Shown here in pieces: positions 63,331 through 64,000 of a stretch of DNA of 64,000 nucleotides. Below the pieces are notes generated by a model. It was not told the origin of the DNA. It searched no databases and saw only the letters and a list, made by a program, of their open reading frames with translations. Every line of letters starts with the position of its first letter. The stretch's first letter is position 1. Origin of the DNA: Thermus sp. (GTDB lineage: Bacteria; Deinococcota; Deinococci; Deinococcales; Thermaceae); NCBI RefSeq assembly GCF_040290245.1, contig NZ_PSMQ01000002.1, positions 4,503 through 68,502 on the forward strand. The letters are read 5' to 3'. The translations under genes and the position numbers were made by a program.

Positions 63331-63915
63331 CTACGCCCGGGGCTTTGGGCGGGGGGTTTGCCGAGCTGAGGCGGAAAGGAGTTCAGCAAAGCTGCGGGCG
63401 TTGTGCAGGAAATGGGCCAGGATCCCGGGGACCAGGCTTCCCGTGAAGAGGAAGGAAAGCCCGAGCAACCCCCCCGCCACCCCGGTGAAAAGGGGATAGG
63501 CGAAGGCGGACCTGGGGGCGGGATGGAGGAGGGCAAAAAGCAAGGCCTGGACCCCCACCCCCCAACCCCCCAGTTGGCGGAGGAGGAGGCCTTGCACGGC
63601 CCCCCGGAAGAAGACCTCCTCCGCCACCGCGGAAAGGAGGGAGAGGAGAAGCGCCTCCTTGGGGCCCAGGCCTGTGCGAACGAGGGCTTCGCCCAGCTCC
63701 CGGTGGAAGGCCTCGGCCATCCGGAAGCTTCTGGGAAAAACTCGGCTGAAAAGGGCCTCGAGACCCTGCAAAAGAAGGAAAAGCCCCAGGCCAAAGGCAC
63801 CGTCCCTAAAGGGGTTGGGGGTGGCCAGGGGCTCCAGACCCAGGTGGGCCATGAGCACCCCCCCTAGGAGGAAGAGGCCCAGCTGGATCCCGGTGAGGAG
63901 GGCCAAAGGGTTCAA
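63331..63915 (-). CDS. CPBP family intramembrane glutamic endopeptidase
   Basis: AEEVFFRG, FALLH, AHFLHN. Confidence 0.88.
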   Translation of the reverse strand: MNPLALLTGIQLGLFLLGGVLMAHLGLEPLATPNPFRDGAFGLGLFLLLQGLEALFSRVFPRSFRMAEAFHRELGEALVRTGLGPKEALLLSLLSAVAEEVFFRGAVQGLLLRQLGGWGVGVQALLFALLHPAPRSAFAYPLFTGVAGGLLGLSFLFTGSLVPGILAHFLHNARSFAELLSASARQTPRPKPRA

Positions 63916-64000
63916 GGGGCGGCACCCAGGCTGAAGCCCTGGTCCAGGAGCTTCCGGGGGTAGGTCCTGAAGGCCAGATGGGTCTCTGTTTTCTCCACGC
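63912..64000 (-). CDS. 3' end of an upstream gene, partial and unidentified
   Basis: Frame VEKTETHLAFRTYPRKLLDQGFSLGAAP* with its stop overlapping the CPBP start. Confidence 0.5.
   Translation of the reverse strand, partial: VEKTETHLAFRTYPRKLLDQGFSLGAAP

Overview
High-GC window that looks like Thermus chromosome, judged from gene content, protein style and many short-leader or leaderless starts. Housekeeping blocks (accBC-nusB-folD, fadF-like, lon, bshA, hslVU, tatA, tRNA-Pro/Gly/Arg, a BMP-type ABC transporter, lepA, hemEHG, prkA-yeaH-spoVR) flank an accessory segment of about 16 kb (33585-49300) between a comB-like phosphatase and hemG. This segment carries a Calvin-Benson-Bassham cluster: cbbR divergent from glpX-cbbL-cbbS-cbbX-prk-rpe-fba, with a red-type form I Rubisco. 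A second, tightly coupled arm encodes an extra class II aldolase, CbbY, a Dabb barrel, two paralogous ~87-aa unknown proteins and a PsiE-like gene broken at an in-frame T-TTA-AAC. That arm is the best candidate for an undescribed Rubisco-support module. The segment ends with a Cys/Met PLP enzyme, phnDCE and a decayed S8 protease. A persulfide/sulfur-handling cluster (53602-58756) is decaying, with up to four separate lesions. No CRISPR array, rRNA, integrase or IS element was recognised. All family calls are from motif recognition by eye; no database searches were run.
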